A stretch of 64,000 bases of DNA from a virus (taxonomy: Duplodnaviria > Caudoviricetes). The stretch lies in the IMG/VR virus record IMGVR_UViG_3300038345_000144. One strand, given 5' to 3'. The position numbers were made by a program, and so were the translations under genes. The number at the start of each line of letters is the position of its first letter. The stretch's first letter is position 1. Positions 49,160 to 60,966 of this stretch are shown in pieces. The notes beneath the pieces were generated by a model that saw only the letters and a program-made list of their open reading frames with translations, made no database searches and was not told the DNA's origin.

Positions 49160-50732
49160 TGGCAAATTCCTCCCATAATGAATAACATTTTTCTTTGGTC
49201 TTCTTGGAAAGACCTGCAAACTTGCGTTTAGCATTGACAAAATCAACAGGCGACTGAATGATGCTGGTGTTTACACAACCGTTAATCAAATCATTCGCTG
49301 TCTTAAACATAAAGTCGTTGAAGTGAGTGAATACTTCTTTAGGTTCTACATCAGCACACTCTTTCGTAAAGGTGTTAAAAAAATAATTTTCAACTGACTG
49401 TGAGAACTTGGAACTAATCTCTGCCTTCCTTGAGGTAATCTTTGCTTCGTTAATGAAGTAAGAGAGATTAGCGTTATAGTTAGTTAAAGTCCACTGGAAG
49501 ATTTCTGCCATCTTGTTATGAGCCTCGTCCTCGAAAAAATCAAACAAGTCTTGCGAAATCTCATCGAACCTACCACAAGAGTAGAACAGGTCGGTTGTGT
49601 GGAACTCAACATTTCTGTAATAGATAAAACAATCGGCATCGTGGTTATACTGGTAAGTGTCTGACAATACATTACACAAGCGTCTGTCTGTTTTCTTGGT
49701 AATCTCTGTCAGCAACTCACTAACCTTGATGTCGTTTTTATAATTCCACTTCTGACACACGCCCTTCTTATCCAACTTCTTAATGCCGTAAGGGTATATC
49801 TCAAAATATACATTTTCAAGGGCTTTACGAGCGTCCTTGTCAATAACCTGTCTATGAGTCTTGCCTGCGAATACTCCGCATACGGTCTCTCCGTCCCTTC
49901 TCAAAATATAGACAGGGAAAGAGGGGAAGAACGAACAAATCAAGTGGTTCTTTCCTAAAAATTCTCCGTAAGCATCAGGAATATCGAAGATACTATCGAA
50001 CTCCCATACTGGCTTATCATACATTGTATTAGGATTGTATTCATCAGGCTTGGAACTATCTCTCAAAGGAAGTGAATTATATATAATAGTCTCCTTGAGG
50101 TTCTTACCCTGTAACAATACAAAAAGTCTCATTCTATTCAAGAGTGAGTTAATAGGGTACGGACCAGGTGCTATCGTGATACCCAGATGGTTCATAAACA
50201 ACAGAGCATACACAGTCTCGGCATCATCCATCTTGTAACTTTCAATAAGTTCCTCTTCTGAACCTGCGGTTCCACTCTCAAAAATCTTGTTAGCAGAACC
50301 AGGTGCGAGAGGGTTGATGTTAAGTATATAGGTATGTTTCTTATCCTTTTCTTCAGTCTTTTCTGCTGTTTCCTTGAGTGTAATATCCTGCATAAAGGGA
50401 AATTGCTCGTCATAGAGATTGAACTTATGCTCCCACTTATCAAGGTATTTAAGGATTGTTTTAAGGTTCCAACCCTTCTTCATCAACTTTTGACTGAAAT
50501 ATTTTCCACCAGCCTCGAAATCATTTTCAGGCTTGAAATAGGCTGAAAGTAAGATTACTGATAAGAACTGCATAACGGGTACATCATAAATATACGCCTT
50601 TTTACCGTGAAAGGTGGGCGTATATAAACACTTGATTTTATCTGCGTCAGTAAATGCTTGTCTAACAGAAATCTGCTCGTTATGTCCGTCTAAATAAGTA
50701 ACAAATAGCCATTTGTCGTTAATGACATTCAT
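49152..50732 (-). CDS. cas8e: Type I-E Cas8e (Cse1)
   Basis: MNVINDKWL, YLDKWEHKFNLYDEQFPFMQ, GKNLKETIIYN, PVWE. Confidence 0.85.
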   Translation of the reverse strand: MNVINDKWLFVTYLDGHNEQISVRQAFTDADKIKCLYTPTFHGKKAYIYDVPVMQFLSVILLSAYFKPENDFEAGGKYFSQKLMKKGWNLKTILKYLDKWEHKFNLYDEQFPFMQDITLKETAEKTEEKDKKHTYILNINPLAPGSANKIFESGTAGSEEELIESYKMDDAETVYALLFMNHLGITIAPGPYPINSLLNRMRLFVLLQGKNLKETIIYNSLPLRDSSKPDEYNPNTMYDKPVWEFDSIFDIPDAYGEFLGKNHLICSFFPSFPVYILRRDGETVCGVFAGKTHRQVIDKDARKALENVYFEIYPYGIKKLDKKGVCQKWNYKNDIKVSELLTEITKKTDRRLCNVLSDTYQYNHDADCFIYYRNVEFHTTDLFYSCGRFDEISQDLFDFFEDEAHNKMAEIFQWTLTNYNANLSYFINEAKITSRKAEISSKFSQSVENYFFNTFTKECADVEPKEVFTHFNDFMFKTANDLINGCVNTSIIQSPVDFVNAKRKFAGLSKKTKEKCYSLWEEFANG

Positions 50733-50776
50733 AAATGGTCTCGCTTACTCCTTAAATTTTCAAAATAATTATCAAC

Positions 50777-50805
50777 ATTATGCACTTTTTTCAGTGCTTT
50801 GTAAA
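50777..50805 (-). promoter_or_regulatory. Promoter of cas operon with internal inverted repeat
   Basis: TTTACA-N17-CATAAT; GCACT-N6-AGTGC within the spacer. Confidence 0.6.
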
Positions 50806-50854
50806 GGGCGATACCCGTGTATAGCCCTCATTTTATTAGGTTCTCAAGAAAATA

Positions 50855-52768
50855 TTACTTTCTCAAGTTACAACAGTCGTCAGGATTAGGGTTAAACTGG
50901 GTGTTCCAGAACTCGTAAGCCTCGTCTTCATCTTCGCATACGGAGATTTCCTTAAAGCCCTTAATATTCTGGATTAACTCCTTCTTCTTTGCTAATGGAA
51001 GATGGTTATAACCACCGTGCTTAACCGTGTATGGAGTGAAGTCAATATCAAACCACTTCTTAATCCAAGTGTTGACTCTCAAGAACTCAACGATAATCTT
51101 ATCACACTTAATCTTTGCCAACTTATCGTAGTCAACAAATTCAGGAATAAACGGAGAAAGTCTTACCTGAACATCAAAACCACGCTCATAGAGTCTCTCT
51201 ACTGCCCAAATTCTTCTGCTCGGTAACGGTGCTTTCTCGTAGTCCAACTTCTTATAGAGGTCATCATCAAAACAAGTAATAGTTACCTGAATATGTGCAA
51301 GTTCGGGGTCAAGAATATCGAGATACTCGTCCCTACCAATAATATCACCCTTTGTAACAATGAGGTAAGGCTGACGCTTCTCGTTTAGAGCCTTGATTAT
51401 TTCATAAGTAACTCTCTTTTCCAACTCTAACGGCTGGAAGGGGTCGGTCATACCGCCAAGTCTGATAGCGGGCATACCTGCGGGAAGTTTAGCAATCTTT
51501 CGCTTTGCCTGCTCGATATTAGTAATTGCAGGGTCCTTCGGGTTCCACAACTTTCTAAAATCAAGTAATGACTTTGCATAGCAATTATGAGAAATTACAC
51601 CATTAGCCACAAAATTACGAGTTGTTGTAGTTATGTCTACCAAAGGTTGGGTATCTTTTAACTTTTTGATACTAACAATTTTTAAGTCGCCAGCATTAAA
51701 AGTCTTGAGGGCAATATTAGCAATTTCGCCTTCTCGATTACACTTGACACATTTAACGATATTGTTAAATCTGATGCTTTCGGATAAGCCTCCTACTAAT
51801 CTTACCGTTTTGCACACACTATTTTTAGTCTTTGCTTCTTTATCAAAGGTATATGCAAATTCAAATGCAGTTAAAGCGTCCGTATATTCTTTAATTAGTT
51901 TGTCATCCGTATTATAAACTCTACGAATTAAAATATTAGAACTACCTTCGGCATCATATAAGCCCGCCAAAAAACCTCTTCTAAATTCACGGGTCTTTTT
52001 AGTATCTATGAGGTCATTGATTTCATCAAAGTTTTCTTTTGACGAAGTTCTTATTGCCATTACCGTATAGTGTTCTTTAGTGCTACGGTCAATCATCGGG
52101 AATTCAAACCAAGCAGGCTCAACCCCAAACCAAACTAAATAATCAAACACTCTATCCGTAATTGCTTCGTCTTTCAAAGCAAGTCTAAAATGATATTGAT
52201 TATCAGTATGTCTATAAGGTCTTTCTGGATAGTTATATTCCTGTAAGTTAGCGTCACCTAAAATAACACCTCTCAAGTAGCCCTTTTTGTAGTCGTCGGT
52301 CTCTTCAAAGAAAGGAACATCAAATAAAGTAGCAAATCCCATTAACTGATTATTTTCGGTAATATAAGGTCTTCTATTCTCCCCTGTCATTTCACCAGTT
52401 GTGTACTTCCAACCTCTATCAGTAAGCCACTGGTGGTCAGCAGAACAAATAAGTGTATTGCCGTTTGAGAGTTTAATCTTATATGCCTCTTTTGCCACTA
52501 TGTTTTTATTTGTTACAATGGATTTTGTAAACTTTTTATAAGTATTGCCATCGCCTTCAACAATACCATATATTTCATCACCCACCTCTATATCACCAAT
52601 AGTCTTAATAGACCCGTCATACATCAAAATTTGGGTGTCCATTGAAAGACAATAGGAACAATCGTGTTGGCATCCGCAACCGTAACTATCTAATCGTGTA
52701 GGATAATGACACTTACTACCCTCGTTGCCCTTAACTTCCTTGTAAAAACTCTTAAACTCTTTACCCAT
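50855..52768 (-). CDS. Radical SAM protein (spore photoproduct lyase-like family), intein-containing
   Basis: CQHDCSY|C motif, RLGGMTDPF, YLIVTK, VQVRLSPFIP. Confidence 0.85.
   Translation of the reverse strand: MGKEFKSFYKEVKGNEGSKCHYPTRLDSYGCGCQHDCSYCLSMDTQILMYDGSIKTIGDIEVGDEIYGIVEGDGNTYKKFTKSIVTNKNIVAKEAYKIKLSNGNTLICSADHQWLTDRGWKYTTGEMTGENRRPYITENNQLMGFATLFDVPFFEETDDYKKGYLRGVILGDANLQEYNYPERPYRHTDNQYHFRLALKDEAITDRVFDYLVWFGVEPAWFEFPMIDRSTKEHYTVMAIRTSSKENFDEINDLIDTKKTREFRRGFLAGLYDAEGSSNILIRRVYNTDDKLIKEYTDALTAFEFAYTFDKEAKTKNSVCKTVRLVGGLSESIRFNNIVKCVKCNREGEIANIALKTFNAGDLKIVSIKKLKDTQPLVDITTTTRNFVANGVISHNCYAKSLLDFRKLWNPKDPAITNIEQAKRKIAKLPAGMPAIRLGGMTDPFQPLELEKRVTYEIIKALNEKRQPYLIVTKGDIIGRDEYLDILDPELAHIQVTITCFDDDLYKKLDYEKAPLPSRRIWAVERLYERGFDVQVRLSPFIPEFVDYDKLAKIKCDKIIVEFLRVNTWIKKWFDIDFTPYTVKHGGYNHLPLAKKKELIQNIKGFKEISVCEDEDEAYEFWNTQFNPNPDDCCNLRK
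51584..52651 (-). mobile_element. Intein with LAGLIDADG homing endonuclease (356 aa)
   Basis: Starts CLSMDT, block B SADH, GYLRGVILGDA and GFLAGLYDAEG, ends NGVISHN followed by +1 Cys. Confidence 0.95.
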
Positions 52769-52770
52769 AT

Positions 52771-55454
52771 TTACTCCTTTACAATTTTGTTATCAGGATA
52801 TTTTTTATCTAACCACTTAAAGTAGGTCTTGAACATTTCGGCTAATCCCCAAGAAATAGAAATAAGACCTGCGATAATGCTAATTGCCATTAAGCAATAA
52901 ATGGCTACTTCAACCATCTTATCGGCAAAAGACCAGTCATCTACTACGAGTGCGAGCCAACCAGCCAAGAGCGAAAAGCCTGACGCTACAATTACTGTTA
53001 AAATGGTCAATAGTGTTGTAAGAAAAATCTTTAATCCCTTGCTCATTATGAATTTCCTCCTAACTCGTTTTTGAGCATATCGACAAATCCCTCTTCGGAG
53101 GAATGGTCGGTCATACTAAAGTAGAATTTACCCAGAACCAAACAATCAAGACTTACAGGGCGAGTAGTAAAAGGAAATTGCTCACCGTTAACTGTATATC
53201 TTTCTTTCTGGTCGAGAAATATAAGGTTATAGTTCCACTTGTTATCGTGAACCTTAATATACGGTATCTGTGTGGTATGAATAATCATATCCTGCTTGTC
53301 AACAATCCAATGCTCATACATCACACCTTTGTCTACAACTACTCGATTTGTGTCCTTGTCAGGGTCGTCCAACTCGTTAAGGTAGTAATCACCAATGTTG
53401 TATTCCGTAACTGATTTACCCTTTATCATATTGTGTCCTCTTTATCGTTGTCCTTTGAACTAAATTCGGTCTTTACATTACAAAGGATAATTACCAGTAA
53501 GGTAATCTGAAATGCCTGTAAGTAGTCCATAGTTTTAGCACCCTCGATAAGGGCAGGCATAACATTATTCCAAACAAACATTGTAGGAAGAGCCAAAATA
53601 ACAGAGTGTATAACACTCAATCCAACCTTTAGTAATGCTGATGATAAAATTTTCTTTCCCATAATTAGTCCTCTGCGGGTATTACTTCTTCCGTAGTTGC
53701 TACCAACTCAAAAGTAGTCATCTTTAACTGCTGGTCAGGGCGACACTTATTATGATAAGCAATAACCTTTCTTAACTGGGTAGGGTTTATATAGTATGTA
53801 TTTTTAGTGCTGGACCCCATCATTTCACGGATATTACCCTGTTCATCCGTTGCACAATATACAATCTTTGGCTTTGCTTTATCACTAATCATATAGAACC
53901 TCTTTCCTATATATAAATAAAAACACCCTTATTTTAACATATAAGAGTGTTTCTTGTAAATATTAGTCAACTTTTGTAATATGCAATATATTGCGTGTTA
54001 GATGCGTTTTTGGCACTTAACCTGTCATATCTTGCATATTAAAGTAGTTCAACTATCTTCCAAAGTTTGATTGTTTCTGGGTCTAATCGGTAAACCGTAC
54101 AGATGTTTGACAGTCCATAGAACCCGTCATAATAGAGGTGCTGTCTTATCTCGGCATATTTACGGTCATCAATCGCCTCGTTACTTGCATAAATAATACT
54201 ATGCTCGGCATCAACCGTATCAGATACTATCAGCAATAGAACCTTCTTGTTTTTGTCATCAATCATTGACATTCTTCTGATTGACCTGATTTCCAACAAG
54301 CCTACATCGTCCAATTGTACTAAAGGTGTTGTTTTTTGTGGTTTTGCTTGAAATTTAACTTCAACTTTCATTTATGTTGTCTCCTTTTTGATAATTAAGC
54401 CCTCTGGCATATAGCCAGAGAGCCTGACATTACTTAATACCATTCGTGATAGTAAATATCCTCGGAACCCTCATCAAAAGAACCGTCGGTATGCCCCCAC
54501 TTTTCTTCATCGTCTCCACGCTCGTCATAATCAAGCATAGCCCTAATCATATCTTCATTACACCAGTGAAATCCACAGTTTTCAATACAGCCGTCATAAG
54601 CGTCATATATCTCATCTTGTAGGTCATAAGCCTTACGCCAGTAACCAACCTCTTCGCCTATCCACATATAGCCGTCATAGGGTTCAGTCATACCATACTT
54701 ATCAAGTTGACTTCTTGGTATTGAAATCTCTCTACGCCCATAACGCCCATTCTTATATTTCCAGTTAAATGCCAAATCAATACTGTCCTTTTTATATCCA
54801 ATCATACCAATAGTAGCATTTTCAGGGATATTATGGGCTTCCATAATTTTCTTCATATCCAAGTCAGATTGGTCAATATAAGAAACCTCGGTTAAGATAC
54901 TCTCAAGGTCCTTAAAACTCGAATAATCTTCCTCAAAGTCTTTCTTTTTAACGAAGAATACTCCGTTACCTGTTCTACCTGTTTCAATCAAATTCTTAAC
55001 TTCGGCTTCAGTTGCCTTTCTACAACGATAAGCGTACATATCTAAACCCATACTGCGAGTCCTCCTATAAATTATTTTTCTTTACACCAAAATTTGCACC
55101 AGTCTTCGTAACAATGCGGATATGTAATTTTCTGGTTGGTTTTGGTGCAAGTACACTCCACTACTATCTTACCATCTTTTGATGATATTTGCTTATCTTT
55201 TTTACCACAATTGCAACAACATCTTGCTTCCATATTCATTGTTCTCCTTAAATAACAATAAATAAGCCCAACATAGATGTAGGCGTGGTAAGATTAACTT
55301 TCTGTACTGTAAAGTCCTTTAATTCCTCGTAAACAGCACTGTCAAAGAACTCGGCAATCGTCCCAAAGAATTTCGTATTCTTGTCAGCATCTACAATCTT
55401 AATAGGTGTATTTTCAGCACCATCACCAAGAAAGCAGTTGAGAAATTCTACCAA
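52771..55454 (-). CDS. Small hypothetical and membrane genes (52771-53046, 53046-53429, 53426-53662, 53665-53892, 54039-54371, 54434-55051, 55248-55454)
   Basis: Co-directional ORFs with RBSs; 54434-55051 has the MGLDMY...YWRKA phage motif. Confidence 0.6.
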
Positions 55455-55493
55455 TGAACAAAAGTAAGGTTTCTTCTTTATATTATTACTTCC

Positions 55494-56204
55494 TCAAATT
55501 TCATATTCTTTGATGCCTTCAAAAAGCATTTCATAGTTCCCATTCTGCCAGTCACCGTGGAAATGTCCAAACCACCACTTCTTAAATGAGAGGCGGTCAG
55601 CAATATCCTGCAACCACTTTTCAGTTGACTTATCTACACTCTCTTGGTCAATAAATGATAAAAACAAATGTGTAGGCTCTGTACTAATGGGACAGGTATG
55701 TGAAAGAACCATATCAACTGCCCAGTCATTATCAGCCAACTGTTTTTCAACATAAGCCTTAATCTCTGGAGTCGGTTGTTCGCTTTCCCACCAACCACCG
55801 CCTTGTGCAAGACGATACCATTTATCCACAGAATAAGCCCCTCCGATTACAACGGTCTTATAACCATTCAAATCATAGATTTCACCGTCTTTGGCAAATA
55901 TCTGGTTAGGATATTCTGGGTTAACATAGGTAATGCCCCCGAAATGTTCTTCCTCAACATAACCTTCTACAAGGAAAGGACGCTCTTCGTGATTTCCGTG
56001 TATGCAAAAGAAAGTAAGTGGTATGTCAGCCACTTTCTTTTTCATTTGCTTTGAGTATTTGGTGTCTTTACCGTCGTGGACATAGAAGTTTAACCCTGCA
56101 TCGCCCAAAACAATCATTACATCTTCTTTAGTTGTCTGCATACGCTCGGCAAAGTGGGCTAATCGCTCAAACTTTCCGTGTGTATCTCCTGTTATATAAA
56201 ACAT
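55494..56204 (-). CDS. Calcineurin-like metallophosphoesterase
   Basis: GDTHG, LGDAG, GNHE, GGAYSVD, SHTCP, GHFH. Confidence 0.9.
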   Translation of the reverse strand: MFYITGDTHGKFERLAHFAERMQTTKEDVMIVLGDAGLNFYVHDGKDTKYSKQMKKKVADIPLTFFCIHGNHEERPFLVEGYVEEEHFGGITYVNPEYPNQIFAKDGEIYDLNGYKTVVIGGAYSVDKWYRLAQGGGWWESEQPTPEIKAYVEKQLADNDWAVDMVLSHTCPISTEPTHLFLSFIDQESVDKSTEKWLQDIADRLSFKKWWFGHFHGDWQNGNYEMLFEGIKEYEI

Positions 56205-56215
56205 TCAGTTACTCC

Positions 56216-58318
56216 TTATCCGTACTGCTTAATGAATTCGCCCACGCCAAGTTTTTTAATCATCTTTTTATTAAAGGCTGTTCTCTTATGATTAAGATAC
56301 AAAGTCTTAATTAACGCAATCAAAGGGATAACAGTAAAACCTAAATAGGTAAACCAAAAACTGGCATCAGTTTGGAGAGGTTCCTGTTTTACAAAAGAAA
56401 CCACAAATACTACGACACAAAATATAGAAAGTGTTAAAAATAGGGCAAGACCTATCGTGTAAATAAGCCCCTCTACCATACCCATCTGGTATTGTTCCGT
56501 CTTATAAATGGTTCCACAATCACATAAAGTCACTTCTTGACCTAAACGGTTACTATTGTGATGAAAATGTCTTGAACAACCACAAACAGGACACTTAAAT
56601 TGTTCTATTTCGCTTATAAGATTTTTATAATATGCCCAAGATTTAGCCTCTTTAAGCATTTGACTATATTCGGCAGTATGATTAGCCTTTGTAATCTTAA
56701 TTTCACTCATTTTTTGCCTCCATACTTTATCTGAAGTGTCTCAAGAATTTGAGACACTCCTTTTACTCTATAAAACTTTTGTAAGTGAAAATCGTCGAAA
56801 TTTAAGGTAACTTCATCGAGATAGCCGTCACACCCCATAGATGGCATACGCACATTTGACCAATCCTTACTCTTCGCCTTTAGCGTTTTCTTGATGTCTT
56901 CCCATTCTTGCTTATCCAACCTATGGGGGTGGCAACTGTTATCTACAAAATATGGCTCATCATCAACGCAATAAACCATATAATTACAAGTAGACCAACC
57001 ATCTTCTCCGTGATACCACAGAGTATAGTTACCTGTCTTTTCTCTATTTAACACTGTAAGTCCAATTTTGTCAATAGTTTTTAAGGTTTCAAAAAATTTT
57101 TCACAAAATTCCCAGTAAGGACAGTCTTGGCATTTCATTCCTAAAACATCGTCAGGACAATTTACCATTCCTGCCTGCCAAACTAATTGCATAGCCTCTG
57201 TGAGAGGTAATAATTCTCGTTTATCAGCCATCAATGTAGTCCGTAGCAACTATTTCTACTTTGTCAGCCGTGTAGAAATCTGTTTTAACTTTCTTTGCTT
57301 GTAGTTGTCTAACGCCCTGACCTGACACATAGATAGCCAGTGTAAGACAAACAACTCCAACGGTGATAACCGCATCCTTTAACTCTCTTTGTGAAACAAA
57401 CTTATATCCCAGAACAAAGATGATTATGCTGACCCCCAGCATAATTAAAGAAACAATAATTAAGTTATTCATTGAAGCGACCTTCTTTCTTTCTCTGCTA
57501 AAAGTTCTTGTTCCCACTGGAGCCAGCCTGGTTTATCACAGGTTTCGCTACCATAATTATCGAACTGTCTCTGTAATCTACAACCGTCTAACAGAACACC
57601 AATATCCTTATCTTCCAACTGTGATAGATGTGGTCTAACAATATCTCTAATAAGACCTGGCATATATGTTTGTCTACCTTCACAATATCTAATAGCACAA
57701 ACCACTAATGCTCCAAATTCCTCACTTGTAAGTGTGATGTGGTCTTCTTCATATCGTCTAATAGTCTCACAGACATCAAACGCCTGAATATAATCCTGCC
57801 CATCACTTGACTCGGCAGTATGTAATTCTGCAATCCTTTTCATTAGGGGACTCATATTTGTAGCCATAAAAACACCTCTATTATATATAGTTTGTAATAT
57901 ATTATCATAATAGAGGTTTATTTGTAAAGATTTATATAATCGTAAATCCTTTTCTTACCGCATCTACGACCTTATGAAGTTTTCTAAAGTTCTTAAAACT
58001 GCTTGCAGTTCCGTAGTAAGCCTTTGGTACTCCGTCAAAGTTGACAATTATTTTTAGTGGAGCATCGACCAAATGACTGACCTCCCACGATTTAGTGTAC
58101 TTGGTAATCTTATGAACCACCTTGTCATATTGCCATTGAGATACAGTAGGAATATGATGGTCTCTGCCATTATATGCGATTATCTTATCTCGGATAGCAA
58201 AAAGCATTAGTTCTTCAGTAACTTCATTATTACAACAGCCTACGGTTGTGTAGCAAAAATAGAACAAGAAGTCTTGTTCTTTCAATCTCTGCTGTATTTC
58301 TCCGTAGCCTATTTCCAT
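56216..58318 (-). CDS. Five hypothetical genes (56216-56710, 56707-57231, 57224-57472, 57469-57867, 57932-58318)
   Basis: Operonic ORFs; 56707-57231 is paralogous to 58953-59477. Confidence 0.6.
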
Positions 58319-58594
58319 TCATTATCCTTTGTGTTGGAGAATTGTAAAAATTCTTTAATGCTCCTATTATACACTATTATTGTTTTTCTATGTTATAAAT
58401 TTTGGATATATGTTACATTTACCTACCAAATCGCTCTTTGTTAATTATCATTTCCCTTTCATCGTAGACTTCTTTAAGCATTGGACACTCTTCCATATAC
58501 TTGCATAACCTACAATCAGTAGCCCAGTTACAGTCGTTTTCGCCTTTCTGGTGAGATACAAAACTCATACCTGCTAATATGTCGTCTCTATACA

Positions 58595-58972
58595 TCAGTC
58601 TTTATCCTCCAAATAATCAACAATGTCTATTGCCTGCATCAAGATTTCTTCAAATGATACTCCACCAAACCACTCGGAGCCTTGTACTCTAAAACGAGTA
58701 AACTTGTTTTGTACCCATCTTTCAGCCTTCTTCTGTCGAACTGGGGTACTAACAGCAACTCGGATGAACTCACTGCCCCCCGAATTGCTATGTCCCAAAC
58801 TGTTAATTCTTTGAGCAATATTCTTTGACCTGCCTACCTTAATCATATCGTGAGAGTTCTCAATGATGTAGATATAGTAGGCATTGTCCAGTCTCGGAAG
58901 TTGCTTAATGTCCTCTAAATGAGGCTCAAACCTTTGAGTATAGATAGTAAAATTAGCCATTTTTACCTTCAT
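58595..58972 (-). CDS. T5orf172/GIY-YIG-like domain protein
   Basis: YIYIIE...IKVGRS...QRI...E...GSEWF. Confidence 0.75.
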   Translation of the reverse strand: MKVKMANFTIYTQRFEPHLEDIKQLPRLDNAYYIYIIENSHDMIKVGRSKNIAQRINSLGHSNSGGSEFIRVAVSTPVRQKKAERWVQNKFTRFRVQGSEWFGGVSFEEILMQAIDIVDYLEDKD

Positions 58973-60234
58973 AAATTTTAGTCAATAAAGTTTCGACATC
59001 CATACACTGGTAGAATGTCTGTCCGTTAAAATCCCCAAAGTTAAGGGTAACTTTACTTTCAGGAAAATCGCATCCCATAGGTGGAACATACACCTTTGAC
59101 CACTCTTTACTCATCGCTGTTAGGGTTGTCTTGAGGTCCTCCCACTCTTGCATATCTAACTTGTGGGGCTGTGTCATCGCAGGTCTACCGCCCACCAAAT
59201 AAGGCTCTCCGTAATATAGATATATCATAAAAGAGTTACTTGTCCAACCGCTTTCCATTTCATAATACAAAGCATAGTTGTCTGTTGCCGTTCTATTTGA
59301 TGGGGTAAGGGCTATTTCTTGGATAATGTCATACGCCTCCTTCAATTTATTGCAGAATGGCTGATACGGACACTTCTTACAGGGTAAATGTCTTACCTTT
59401 TCAGGGCAGTTTGCTTTTTCAAGTGCCTGTATTACTAACTCCATAGCCTCTGATACAGGCAATAAATTATTATCCATTTATAGTTCCTCAATATATCATA
59501 ACTTGGTCACGAAGAGTCAATGGAGTATCTCTATGTGATAAAATCATTCCTGACTTAACTTGCTTTTCAATTGTCAATTTAGTATCAGGCTCGCCACATA
59601 AACCTCTGTATATTACTTCTGCTTCCTTCTTTGAAGAGGCATAGATAAATCGAGTTTTAGTTGTTGTGCCTGTTGGGAGTGTCTTTGAAACGATATAGAT
59701 GTTCATATGTTTCCTTTCTTATTAGGTCATTGGAATATTTCCAACTACCGTTCCCTCATAGAAATGATATTCATTGTCCCAGTTACCTGTATAATCAGAC
59801 TCTAATGTATGAACACCAACAAAACCAAACTCCTTTAAGGCTCCCTCAAGGAACTTTACACCTGCGTCTACCATAGCAACATAGTCATCATTCTCAAACT
59901 GAATATAATCAGGAAAACAGCCACAATTATCAATTTCAATACCGTCGGTCTTAAAGTCAATCACTATTCTTTCTGTATCACATAAATAAGCCGAAACGCT
60001 AACGCTAATCTGGTCAATAGTTTCTAACTCTTTTGTATGATTAAGGTGATTTTCAAGTGCCTTAAATAATTGAGTCTGAAAATCTCTTGAATATACTTTC
60101 TGTTCCATTTTTTCTCTTAAATTATTTAAGAACTGGGACTTTTCCTTATTTTCTTTTGTTATTGCAAACTTCTTATCGTCCCTCTGTTTAACCAAACTGC
60201 TCATTAACTCTTTTGATACTTTTTCTCTAAACAT
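58953..60234 (-). CDS. Three hypothetical genes (58953-59477, 59488-59706, 59722-60234)
   Basis: Operonic ORFs. Confidence 0.6.
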
Positions 60235-60399
60235 ATCATACTCCTTTATTCTGTTCTTCAGTATTGACCGTGATGTTAATTAGATTACCGTGAGGATTAA
60301 AATGTTCGTCAATAGCATTTCTGCCGTCCCAAAGTTCATAACCAAAGAAAGTTTTGACCCTATATAAAGGACACGGGTAATCACTAATCTGCTCAACAA

Positions 60400-60963
60400 T
60401 CATTCACTCTTCTCCTTTACAGAACCATATCTAATCTGTTTTGCGGGCTTTTCAAGTATAGCACAAATCGGCAAACTTACAACGATAACGAAAGCATCTG
60501 CTACGAAAGATGTAAAGTTCTTTGCAATTCTTACCGCAATAGGCTGGCTTACGATGAAGTGGTCGATTACAGACTTGACCAGTTCAATACCAATAAATGT
60601 AACAACGATTGCTACGATTGCCGTAAGGATAACCTGCACTGCCTTATTATTGATTTTCTTAATAAAGGGAAGTGTAAGACCAATACCCACACCGATAACA
60701 ATATTACCTACCGCCCAACCAGGCAGACCATTAAAGCCCAACTGTCCGATAAGACCATAAAGCAGTGTGCCTAAAAAGCCGATGATAGCACCATCATACC
60801 ACTTAAAGCACCATACATATACCGTCATAACGACATAGCCCAAGCAGAGATAATAGTTCTCAAATACGGGTACTCGGAGGCACATAGATAATACTACAAA
60901 GAGTGCAATACCTATTGCCAGAAATGTAATAGTTCTGATTGTTTCTTTACGCTTTGTATTCAT
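60400..60963 (-). CDS. ECF transporter S component
   Basis: Multi-TM; ITFLAIGIAL (AxxxA), RVP...YYLCLG, GAIIGFLG. Confidence 0.8.
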   Translation of the reverse strand: MNTKRKETIRTITFLAIGIALFVVLSMCLRVPVFENYYLCLGYVVMTVYVWCFKWYDGAIIGFLGTLLYGLIGQLGFNGLPGWAVGNIVIGVGIGLTLPFIKKINNKAVQVILTAIVAIVVTFIGIELVKSVIDHFIVSQPIAVRIAKNFTSFVADAFVIVVSLPICAILEKPAKQIRYGSVKEKSE

Positions 60964-60966
60964 AAG

